Source: an uncultured Lachnospiraceae bacterium
GTDB taxonomy: Bacteria > Bacillota > Clostridia > Lachnospirales > Lachnospiraceae
DNA length: 64,000 bases
Direction of reading: 5' to 3'
NCBI GenBank assembly: GCA_947385725.1
Contig: CANDMD010000001.1
Location: forward strand, 2,660-66,659
In this document: piece after piece, positions 29,035 to 36,970 of the stretch
Position numbering within the stretch: the stretch's first letter is position 1
Layout: the number at the start of each line of letters is the position of its first letter
Program-made: the position numbers and the translations under genes
The notes under the pieces: generated by a model
Told to the model about the DNA's origin: nothing
What the model saw: only the letters and a program-made list of their open reading frames with translations
The model's database searches: none

Positions 29035-32000
29035 ATGGAAAATGGGAGAATGGGTAGTGAGAACATTGTTAACGAAGTCATGCAAAATCAAGATAAAGAT
29101 GGCATGTTGCACCGTGCACTCGAAAAAATTATTCAGCTGTATACAGACAGAGCACACTTTGTATATGAGTTGTTACAGAATGCGGAGGATGCCGGTGCAT
29201 CTATGGTCAAGTTTGTACAATATCCGGACCGATTAGAGATGCTACACGATGGACACCCATTTTCAACGGAGAATTTACAGGGACTTTGTGATATAGGGAA
29301 ATCAGATAAGATCAATAAGCTAAACCAGATCGGAGAATTTGGCGTTGGCTTTAAGTCGGTCTTTGGCATTTGTGAAAAGGTTGGTCTTTTCAGCCATCCC
29401 ACAAGGGATGATTTTCAGAAGGGATATGTACAGTTTGCTGTGGAAATTTATGGCTTTACGAATCTCAAAGTTATTGATGATCAGATTATAGATGGCGGAT
29501 ATACTACAAAGTTTATATTCCCTTATTGCGTAGGACGCACATTCTCTGGTTTTGAGACGGTAGATAAGCTGAATGAGGTATTGTCGGGACGTCTACAGAA
29601 TCTTGGTATTACGACGCTTCTTTTTATGAAGAACCTGAAACTTATTGAGTATCAGATCGAATTGCCGATGCTTAAAAAATCTGGTTCTTATTTGTTGGAC
29701 AAGCATGCAATGAACGACCACTGTTCACTGGTATCTGCCATTGGAGAGTCTGATCATGAAGGTGATAAAGAAGAAGCTGCTTCTTACCTGATATTTTCCA
29801 GAAAGGTAGAGGGAATCCAGACGGGTAAGACAATTGATATTGCCTTTGCATTGAATGTGGGAGAAGATGGCAGCTATGATTTCAAACCATCAAAACATCC
29901 TTATATTTCTGTGTACTTTCCAACGGAAACAGAAAGTAAGCTGAAGTTTATCGTGCAGGGACCTTATCGAACTACGCCGAACCGGAGCAGTGTCCCGACG
30001 GATAATGAGGACAACATTGCATTGGCTGAGCAGACGTCCCAACTATTGAAAGACAGTATTATAGAACTGCGGGATGAGAGGAAGCTGGATTATAGTTTGT
30101 TAAACATTTTACCTATTGATCAAACAGTCTTTTATACATATTCTTTATACACCGATTCTTTGTTTCAAGGCATGTTTCAAGATATTGTTGATATGATGCA
30201 TGCTGAAAGGATATTATTATGTAAGGATCAGAAGACATACGCATCGGCAGACTGTGTGAAGATAGTCAGAAAAGCTGAACTTGCTGAACTGTTTACAGAC
30301 GAACTGTTAACTGAGTTGATCAATGATGAAATAGATTATTATTGGCTTCCGACTTATCTTACAGAAACAAGTGAACAGTATAAAACCTTGTATTCTTTTC
30401 TGACGGGACAGCAGGTGGGTATCAAAGTGATCCGTCCGGAGAATTTGAGCGATTATTTTAATGGAAACAAAAACTTCTTACCGAACCGGGACGACGAATG
30501 GCTGATTAAGTTCTATCAACTGTGCAAATCTGTACCTGCGGCTTTTTCAAGGCCGCGAGGTGCATTGTTAACAGCAGAAATTATTAAGACTTCTACCGGA
30601 GAATTTGTTGCTCCATACCGTAAAAGTGATGGAAGTACATCTTATCTCCCAAATGTATTTCTGTCGTCTGAGGGTATTGATGATATGGATGATTTTGCTT
30701 TTGTGAATGTAAAAATTTATCAACAGTGCAAGGATTTCTTCAAAGAAACCCTGAATCTTCATCAAAAACCAGGCGAATATGACTTGTTTGTCAAAGACTT
30801 TAAGAAAAGGAGTGAAAAAGGGCAAAGCGTTGCGGATGAACATAGGCATATTGCGGATGTTAAGAAATTATTGAAATACAAAACTGATTTTGAATATCAA
30901 GATGAAGTAGATAGCCTTATTAGAAAGTACCTTCTTTTGAAATGTATGAAAAAAGATGCAATCTCGTATGTGAATCCGTACAAAGAAACGGTTTACTTTG
31001 CTGTTAATTCTGAAGGTATGAGCATAGAGCAATATTGCAAAAATATTGTGGTCCATGCGTATGTGGATGTGGAATTTTACGAGAGTAATGGTATTAGTAC
31101 AGAATTATTGAAAGAGTTTGAGGTTAAGGAGAGTATAGCTATATACGAGAATACAATAAGTGGGGAATATTCTACAGGAAAACCAGGACGCCAGCCAGAA
31201 TGGCATACAGATGGAAACTTCAGGTGGAAGTTGACTTTGCAATATTTTATGTATGTATTGAAATACATTTCGGAGCATCCGGAAACTGTGGATTCTATGG
31301 CTAAGTCCAGTTTTATATTCAGATTTTTGCAGAACAATGAGTCGAAGCTTCAGGGAACGGTTTATGTAGGAGGAAATACGCCTAATTTAGTTAATGAAAA
31401 TGCAAATATTGTTGCCATACTTTGTGGGAAGATGTATTATACTGCTTACCCAGAGTGGGATGGGAAGTGGTTATACACAAAATCCGGGGAATTGGTTTCT
31501 CAAAAGGAAATATCCAAACATGATCTAAATCCGCAGCTTTATGGTGAAATTAAACCTGATTCTAATTTATATGAGATTCTTGGATTTAAGAAAAATGAAA
31601 CGGATTATTTGGAAGAGGCAACAAAGGATTATGACCGCCTGTCTGAGGAACAGAAGAAGCAGTATTTCGAAATTGAACTTCAGAGACGTTATGGAATCTC
31701 CATTACAGATCTTGATAACAAATTTGGAGAAAATCCAGTTGGTGGTTTAAGCAGTTCATCATCGATTACTCATGAGGATACGTATGAATTTCCTTCATCC
31801 AAAGTTAAGGATTGGGAGTACCTGCGCAAGCATGCCGCAGAGGTTTTATATTTTGCAAACCCTGTCAATTATGAGTATTGTGTACGTAAGCTTCGCACCA
31901 GCAGGTCTCGGGACGGGATCAGGGCTTATCTGAGGAATATGTATCAGGTTGATGGAGCGCATCAGTATGCCTGTCAAATGTGCCATGATGTATTTCCATC

Positions 32001-32319
32001 ACCGGGTGCGGAGATGTGCCAGATTGCAAATTCGCCGAAAGTAGAACTGGATCCGATGAATCTATGGTTTTGCCCTAATTGTGCAGCAAAATATAGAGAA
32101 ATGCGTAACGATGAAGTGGATACAGATAATTTTTTGAGAGAGATCAAGAATCTTGCTGATGAAGAGATAGATGATTCTGATCCGGTTAAAGTTCCATTTG
32201 CAGACAAGACTATCTGGTTTACCCAGACACATATAGCAGAAATCAGGGAGTTGATGGTTTTGCAGGAAGCAGCAGATAATTATAAGGATTCACCAGAAAA
32301 AAGTTTACAGGGTATCTAA
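29035..32319 (+). CDS. sacsin/MORC-type GHKL (Bergerat-fold) ATPase with a long unassigned region and a C-terminal zinc ribbon, 1094 aa
   Basis: GGAGGGA RBS 6 nt before the ATG at 29035 (the ORF track begins at TTG 29020). Motifs: N-box YELLQNAEDAGA, G1 LHDGHPF, G2 IGEFGVGFKSVFG. The C-terminus reads CQMC...about 30 aa...CPNC. Confidence 0.8.
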   Translation: MENGRMGSENIVNEVMQNQDKDGMLHRALEKIIQLYTDRAHFVYELLQNAEDAGASMVKFVQYPDRLEMLHDGHPFSTENLQGLCDIGKSDKINKLNQIGEFGVGFKSVFGICEKVGLFSHPTRDDFQKGYVQFAVEIYGFTNLKVIDDQIIDGGYTTKFIFPYCVGRTFSGFETVDKLNEVLSGRLQNLGITTLLFMKNLKLIEYQIELPMLKKSGSYLLDKHAMNDHCSLVSAIGESDHEGDKEEAASYLIFSRKVEGIQTGKTIDIAFALNVGEDGSYDFKPSKHPYISVYFPTETESKLKFIVQGPYRTTPNRSSVPTDNEDNIALAEQTSQLLKDSIIELRDERKLDYSLLNILPIDQTVFYTYSLYTDSLFQGMFQDIVDMMHAERILLCKDQKTYASADCVKIVRKAELAELFTDELLTELINDEIDYYWLPTYLTETSEQYKTLYSFLTGQQVGIKVIRPENLSDYFNGNKNFLPNRDDEWLIKFYQLCKSVPAAFSRPRGALLTAEIIKTSTGEFVAPYRKSDGSTSYLPNVFLSSEGIDDMDDFAFVNVKIYQQCKDFFKETLNLHQKPGEYDLFVKDFKKRSEKGQSVADEHRHIADVKKLLKYKTDFEYQDEVDSLIRKYLLLKCMKKDAISYVNPYKETVYFAVNSEGMSIEQYCKNIVVHAYVDVEFYESNGISTELLKEFEVKESIAIYENTISGEYSTGKPGRQPEWHTDGNFRWKLTLQYFMYVLKYISEHPETVDSMAKSSFIFRFLQNNESKLQGTVYVGGNTPNLVNENANIVAILCGKMYYTAYPEWDGKWLYTKSGELVSQKEISKHDLNPQLYGEIKPDSNLYEILGFKKNETDYLEEATKDYDRLSEEQKKQYFEIELQRRYGISITDLDNKFGENPVGGLSSSSSITHEDTYEFPSSKVKDWEYLRKHAAEVLYFANPVNYEYCVRKLRTSRSRDGIRAYLRNMYQVDGAHQYACQMCHDVFPSPGAEMCQIANSPKVELDPMNLWFCPNCAAKYREMRNDEVDTDNFLREIKNLADEEIDDSDPVKVPFADKTIWFTQTHIAEIRELMVLQEAADNYKDSPEKSLQGI

Positions 32320-32367
32320 AGCAACAAGATAATGCGGGGATGAGATAGCAGCTGTCGGTACGGGCGC

Positions 32368-32853
32368 TTATAAAAAATTTTCCGTCTGAGCCTTATACTC
32401 CTCTGTGATATGGGGCACCCCCGTAAACCGTCGCTTATATCCGGTGAGCACCATTTCCGGTTTCTCCTCCACTCTGTATTCCATCCTGTATCCTCCTTCT
32501 AATGACACTTTCAAAGACAGCCTTGAAAGGGAGTTTAACGTTGCGCCTTCCCTGCGCGCCTGGGATGGCGTGATTCCATGGAAACGGGTAAATGCCCTGG
32601 TAAAGCTGTCGGGATTGTCATAGCCGTATTTCAAAGCCACATCTATGACTTTTGCATTGCTTCCGGCCAGCTCACTGCCTGCCAGGGTCAGTCTGCGGCT
32701 GCGGATATATTCTCCCAAGGTGTATCCGCACAGAAGACCGAATACCCGCTGGAAATGATATCCGGTGGAATAACTCTGTCTGGCAATTTCATCATAATCC
32801 AACTCTTCCGCAATATGCGACTCCACGTAATCGATGGCTCGCTGTATTCCCAT
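32368..32853 (-). pseudogene. AraC/Rob-type regulator with a 3'-truncated GyrI-like effector domain
   Basis: The likely start is MGIQRAIDYVESHIAEELDYDEIARQS. The AraC HTH is complete (...GYDNPDSFTRAFTRFHGITPSQAR). Only ~55 aa of the GyrI-like domain follow (MEYRVEEKPEMVLTGYKRRF...) before a stop at the junction with AT-rich DNA. GC is host-like. Confidence 0.65.
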
Positions 32854-33093
32854 TACCCAGTCCGTGGCGTATCTCCTTGTCTGATGCGTTACAGTCCAAC
32901 CGCAACGTCCCTGTCTGCAAACAGGATAGCAGTTTTCCGGATGTGCTTCCCGACATTTTGTGGGGAGATGTGTAGGTTCAGAGGGTACCTGCTCCATGCC
33001 CTCGCCTGCCCGTTCAAATTGATCAGTATCATTATAAGTCATTTATAGTGGAAATCCAATTTTGATTTTAACCGTTTTTTTGCAGATGCTGCG

Positions 33094-33122
33094 TTGAAAA
33101 AAGTACTGTTTCATGATACTAT
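33094..33122 (+). promoter_or_regulatory. promoter candidate for the ATPase/HNH pair
   Basis: TTGAAA (33094-33099), 17-nt spacer ending in TGa, TACTAT (33117-33122). Confidence 0.4.
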
Positions 33123-33181
33123 TTTAGAAATGCAGACTAAAAACAGGGAATGTTTGATAATGTCAAATCGGAGGGCGAATC

Positions 33182-34438
33182 ATGGATCAGGTATTTATAA
33201 CAGAGTTGACAATACAAAAGGTCAGGCATTTAGAGAATATTACCATCCCCTTGTCGAAGGATCATATAAAGCATCTGATTCTGACAGGAAAAAACGGAAG
33301 CGGTAAAACAAGTGTCGTGGAAGCGATGGCGGAATATTTAGAAAATGCTTTTACAAATGAGTTTTTTGAAGCAAATAAAAAGAATTTGGGTAATGCAATA
33401 GAAAATAAAAATAATGCCGTCAAAAGTGGAGCTGATGAAGCAGAAATTCTAAAATGGAATCATGATGTCTGTGCTCTTGAAAATAAAGTGATGCAAAATA
33501 GAAAAGGCTTAGATTTACATTTTAATCATGATATGAGCAGCATTGTGTGGCTAAAAGAAAAATATCATTATATTCTGGCTTATTATAATGCGGACAGGAT
33601 ATTTCAAACAAAGCAGCCCAAGCATGTGGAAAAGGTGGAATTGAGAGATGATTATGAACTGGCGGAATTTCCCCGAAATGATTTTGCAAAATATCTATTA
33701 GACCTGAAAATGACAGAGGCATTAGCAAGAAACAATAATAAAACGGAAAAAGCGGACGAAATAGCAAAATGGTTTGAGAAGCTGGAAGCACTTCTGAAAA
33801 AAGTGTTTGATGATGAATCAGTGAAGATATTATTTGATGAGGAAACGTTCCGGTTTCAGATTTCACAGCAAGGAAAAGAACTTTTTGATTTTAACACTCT
33901 GTCCAGGGGGTACCAGGCAGTGTTGGATATCGTTCTGGACATTATTATGCGGATGGTGAGCCGGACAAAGCGTTCATTTGACTTCCTGCTGTCGGGGATT
34001 GTGTTGATAGATGAAATAGATGCGCATCTCCACCTGGAACTACAGAAAAATATTATGCCTTTATTGACTACAATTTTTCCTAATATACAGTTTATTGTGA
34101 CTTCGCACTCGCCTTTCGTTTTGAACAGTCTGGAGAATACGGTGATCTATGATCTGGAAAATAATGTATTAGTAGAAAGTGGATTGAATAATGTGCCTTA
34201 TGACGGTATTGTAGAAGGGTATTTCAGGGCAGACAAAATGTCTGATGCATTAAAGGAAAAGTTTGAGAGATATAAAAACCTTGTCAGCAAAGAGAATCTT
34301 ACAGATGATGAGATGGGTGAAATTGCAGAATTAGAATTGTATTTAGATGAAATACCGGACTATCTCGCATGGGATATTACAACCGAGTATCAAAGGATGA
34401 AACTGGAATTTATGAATCGGGAGGACATAGATGGTTAA
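33182..34438 (+). CDS. ptuA: ABC/SMC-like AAA ATPase (AAA_21-type), Septu PtuA-like
   Basis: Walker A LTGKNGSGKTSV, coiled-coil-like insert, signature-like LSRGYQAVLDIV, Walker B VLIDEIDAHLH, H-loop VTSHSPFV. It overlaps the HNH gene by 8 nt. Confidence 0.6.
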   Translation: MDQVFITELTIQKVRHLENITIPLSKDHIKHLILTGKNGSGKTSVVEAMAEYLENAFTNEFFEANKKNLGNAIENKNNAVKSGADEAEILKWNHDVCALENKVMQNRKGLDLHFNHDMSSIVWLKEKYHYILAYYNADRIFQTKQPKHVEKVELRDDYELAEFPRNDFAKYLLDLKMTEALARNNNKTEKADEIAKWFEKLEALLKKVFDDESVKILFDEETFRFQISQQGKELFDFNTLSRGYQAVLDIVLDIIMRMVSRTKRSFDFLLSGIVLIDEIDAHLHLELQKNIMPLLTTIFPNIQFIVTSHSPFVLNSLENTVIYDLENNVLVESGLNNVPYDGIVEGYFRADKMSDALKEKFERYKNLVSKENLTDDEMGEIAELELYLDEIPDYLAWDITTEYQRMKLEFMNREDIDG

Positions 34439-35099
34439 AATAGAACGCTCTTTCCCGGCGCCTGAATCATTGGCAGAAGAAGCACGGAAGGTAAATGGAA
34501 GGTATGATAAACAAGATGTGATAGAGCAGCTAAAAGAAGACTTTCATAATAAATGTTATATATGTGAGTTGAAGGATTTACAGGATCCGAATGTGGAGCA
34601 TCTATTCCCGCATAAAAACGGGAAATATCCGGAGAGAAAGTTTGATTGGGAAAATCTTTTCTGGTCATGCGGGCACTGTAATGGAATAAAGAACAACAGC
34701 AAATACGATGAGGGGATCTTAGATTGTTGTAAGAGTGATCCCGAAAAAAGTATTTGTTTTCGGCTAAGAAATAGTGATGTAGCAATAGCTGTGTCTGATC
34801 CGGAGGATGATATACTTAGAAGGACAGCTTCTTTGATAACGGAAACGTTTTCGCTGAAAAATACGGGTATGAGAATATATACCAGCGATGAAAGGGTAAA
34901 ACAGCTTCAAAAGGAGATGAATTTACTGTATAAGCAGCTTGAAAAGATTCATAATGGTTCTGGTTCAAAAGTAACCATGAGAATGATCCGAAGCATGTTA
35001 AGTCGGGAATCTGCGTTTGCTGCATTTAAAAGATGCTATGTGCGTGATCATGCCATGGAATATCCGGAATTGCAGCAATACGTGGAATTAGATACATAA
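34431..35099 (+). CDS. ptuB: HNH endonuclease (TIGR02646-like), Septu PtuB-like
   Basis: CYICE...NVEHLFPHK...WENLFWSCGHCNGIKNN is an HNH/ββα-Me motif with flanking Cys pairs. 222 aa. Confidence 0.65.
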   Translation: MVKIERSFPAPESLAEEARKVNGRYDKQDVIEQLKEDFHNKCYICELKDLQDPNVEHLFPHKNGKYPERKFDWENLFWSCGHCNGIKNNSKYDEGILDCCKSDPEKSICFRLRNSDVAIAVSDPEDDILRRTASLITETFSLKNTGMRIYTSDERVKQLQKEMNLLYKQLEKIHNGSGSKVTMRMIRSMLSRESAFAAFKRCYVRDHAMEYPELQQYVELDT

Positions 35100-35108
35100 T
35101 GTACTGGA

Positions 35109-35134
35109 GGAAAACGCATTTATCAGCGTTTTCC
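35109..35134. terminator. hairpin between convergent genes (possible bidirectional terminator)
   Basis: GGAAAACGC-atttatca-GCGTTTTCC, a 9-bp stem. There is no clear U-tract on either side. Confidence 0.35.
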
Positions 35135-35190
35135 CTAACTCAATGCCTGCTTTTCCAGGAATATTCTTTGTCCACCCTCCTGTTGGACAC

Positions 35191-36090
35191 TTATTTCCAT
35201 TTTTCGATAAATCGATGGAATACTTCTCCAATATCCCCATCTATGCATATGGACCGCTCCTTGATCTCCTGCGGACATCCCGTCTCCCCGTAATTGATGC
35301 AGGCATACACCGCCTTCGGGTTCTCAGCCGTCATTCGCCAGAAGGGGTATTTGATGATTCCGGGGGTGTTATTTCCAACACCCAATTCCAGAAATAAGAT
35401 TTTCTGTCCTTTATGGAGACGTATAAAAGCCTGATACCTGTCTGCGGCTTTATGCCAGCCGCTGTCTTCAACAAAGGTACTGTCCGCCCGCAGGTTCATT
35501 GACATAGGCGCGCCGCATACGGGACAATGCGGGATTAACCCGGATGGGATACGCATATTTTCCTGTTCGGCGACCATTTTTCTGATCACGGTTTCGTTGT
35601 CGTAAGTTTCGTCATGGCAGGGCTTTGAGCATTGCCACAATCCATAATCGCCCTGTGTATAAAACAATCTTTGCTTATCGAAACCTGCCTTCTGGAAACA
35701 GTGGTCTACATTGGTTGTCAGCACAAAATAGTCCTTATCCTGTACCAGCCTGAATAAATCGTCGTAAACGCCTTTCGGGGCATTTTGATATCGGTTCATA
35801 TCAATGTAACGGCTCCAGTACGCCCAGTATTCCTCCAATGTCTCGAAGGGATAGAAGCCGGCCGAATACAAATCCTGAAAGCCATATTTTGCTATAAAGT
35901 CCGGGAAATTGTCTGTAAAGCGTTTTCCGGAATAAATAAATCCGGCAGAAGCAGACAGGCCTGCTCCTGCCCCGATCACAATAGCATCGGCGCTTTCCAT
36001 TTCCTGCTTCAATTTTTCGATGGATCGCCTTGTCTCTGTATCACGGCAATTACTGCCGGCTGATTTCGTAGTCATTGTCCTTGCATACAT
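35191..36090 (-). CDS. SIR2-family protein (sirtuin-like) with Gln in place of the canonical catalytic His
   Basis: Rossmann motif VIGAGAGLSASAG, then TTNVDH, then CxxxC...CPVC zinc module. The position equivalent to the sirtuin catalytic 'HG' reads YTQGDYG. Confidence 0.75.
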   Translation of the reverse strand: MYARTMTTKSAGSNCRDTETRRSIEKLKQEMESADAIVIGAGAGLSASAGFIYSGKRFTDNFPDFIAKYGFQDLYSAGFYPFETLEEYWAYWSRYIDMNRYQNAPKGVYDDLFRLVQDKDYFVLTTNVDHCFQKAGFDKQRLFYTQGDYGLWQCSKPCHDETYDNETVIRKMVAEQENMRIPSGLIPHCPVCGAPMSMNLRADSTFVEDSGWHKAADRYQAFIRLHKGQKILFLELGVGNNTPGIIKYPFWRMTAENPKAVYACINYGETGCPQEIKERSICIDGDIGEVFHRFIEKWK

Positions 36091-36286
36091 TGAAAACTAC
36101 CTCCTAAATCTGACCTTGCCTGACTTTGCTTATGCAGCTTGTTTTTTCCTGCCTGCAAGACTATACTATAGCCGTAAAGAAGAAATGTAAAGTAAGCACT
36201 TTATGGTGCCATAGTAACCTAAAAGAAACTATTACGAAGAAATGGGGGTTTTATGGCTGTAGGCCGGAACGAGGAGGGAGGGTTAT

Positions 36287-36808
36287 ATGGGAACGGGGAT
36301 TATGGTGTGCGGCCTGAATGGCGCCGGGAAGAGTACGTTGGGGAGAGTCCTTGCGGAGGAACTGCATTTTCACTTTATCGATAATGAAGATCTGTATTTT
36401 CCTAAGACAGATCCTGATAATATTTTTGCTGATCCACGCACCCGTAAGGAGGTGGAAGAACTTCTTTTTCATGAAATAAATACACATGAAAATTTTGTGT
36501 TTGCCTCTGTAAAGGGCGATTATGGGGAAATGATTTATCCTTGTTTTCGGTATGCCGTATTGGTGGACGTTCCGAAAAAGATCCGGATGGAGCGGGTCAG
36601 GAACCGTTCTTTTCAAAGGTTTGGTGACAGAATGCTGTCCGGCGGGGATCTGCATGAACAGGAGGAACGCTTTTTCGCAATGGTTGAATCAAGGGCGGAG
36701 AATATGGTTGAGGAGTGGGTAAGGGCGCTAAGCTGTCCAGTGATCAGGGTAGATGGAACAAGGCCCATTGAAGACAATGTGAAGCTTATCACAGGGCAGA
36801 TGCGGTAA
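36287..36808 (+). CDS. small P-loop NTPase / nucleotide-kinase-like protein
   Basis: Walker A VCGLNGAGKSTLG at the N-terminus. 173 aa, with an adenylate/shikimate-kinase-like layout. Confidence 0.55.
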   Translation: MGTGIMVCGLNGAGKSTLGRVLAEELHFHFIDNEDLYFPKTDPDNIFADPRTRKEVEELLFHEINTHENFVFASVKGDYGEMIYPCFRYAVLVDVPKKIRMERVRNRSFQRFGDRMLSGGDLHEQEERFFAMVESRAENMVEEWVRALSCPVIRVDGTRPIEDNVKLITGQMR

Positions 36809-36970
36809 AACAGGTTGATAAGTTGAGACCGGATATTTTATCGAATATCAATAAAAATATATTGACATTCGATTTCCTGCGTGTTATATTGTCGGTACGA
36901 AGTCATAGGTAAAGTTTGGAAGTAAACTTCCATGCAATATTTGTACCGGAAAGCTGGAAAGGAAAGAAGA

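Noticed and set aside
29015-29236. 73-aa ORF starting at the ATG at 29015 between the two large genes
   Set aside because: It lies out of frame across the well-supported start and GHKL motif region of the ATPase gene, and it has no RBS.
25421-32319. Classifying the SNF2 helicase locus as DISARM, BREX, Druantia, Zorya or a classical type I/III R-M system
   Set aside because: None of the required partners is present in or near the island: methyltransferase, DUF1998, PLD nuclease, PglZ, or MotAB-like ZorAB.
32854-33042. 63-codon N-terminal extension of the AraC/GyrI ORF (MTYNDTDQFERAGEG...)
   Set aside because: AraC/Rob-type proteins normally begin a few residues before the first HTH helix. 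The extension has no homology features, so an internal Met (32853) is preferred.
33094-35099. Retron (RT + msr/msd) associated with the ATPase/HNH pair
   Set aside because: There is no reverse-transcriptase ORF in any frame within several kb. I found no convincing a1/a2 inverted-repeat ncRNA in the 33.04-33.18 kb leader.
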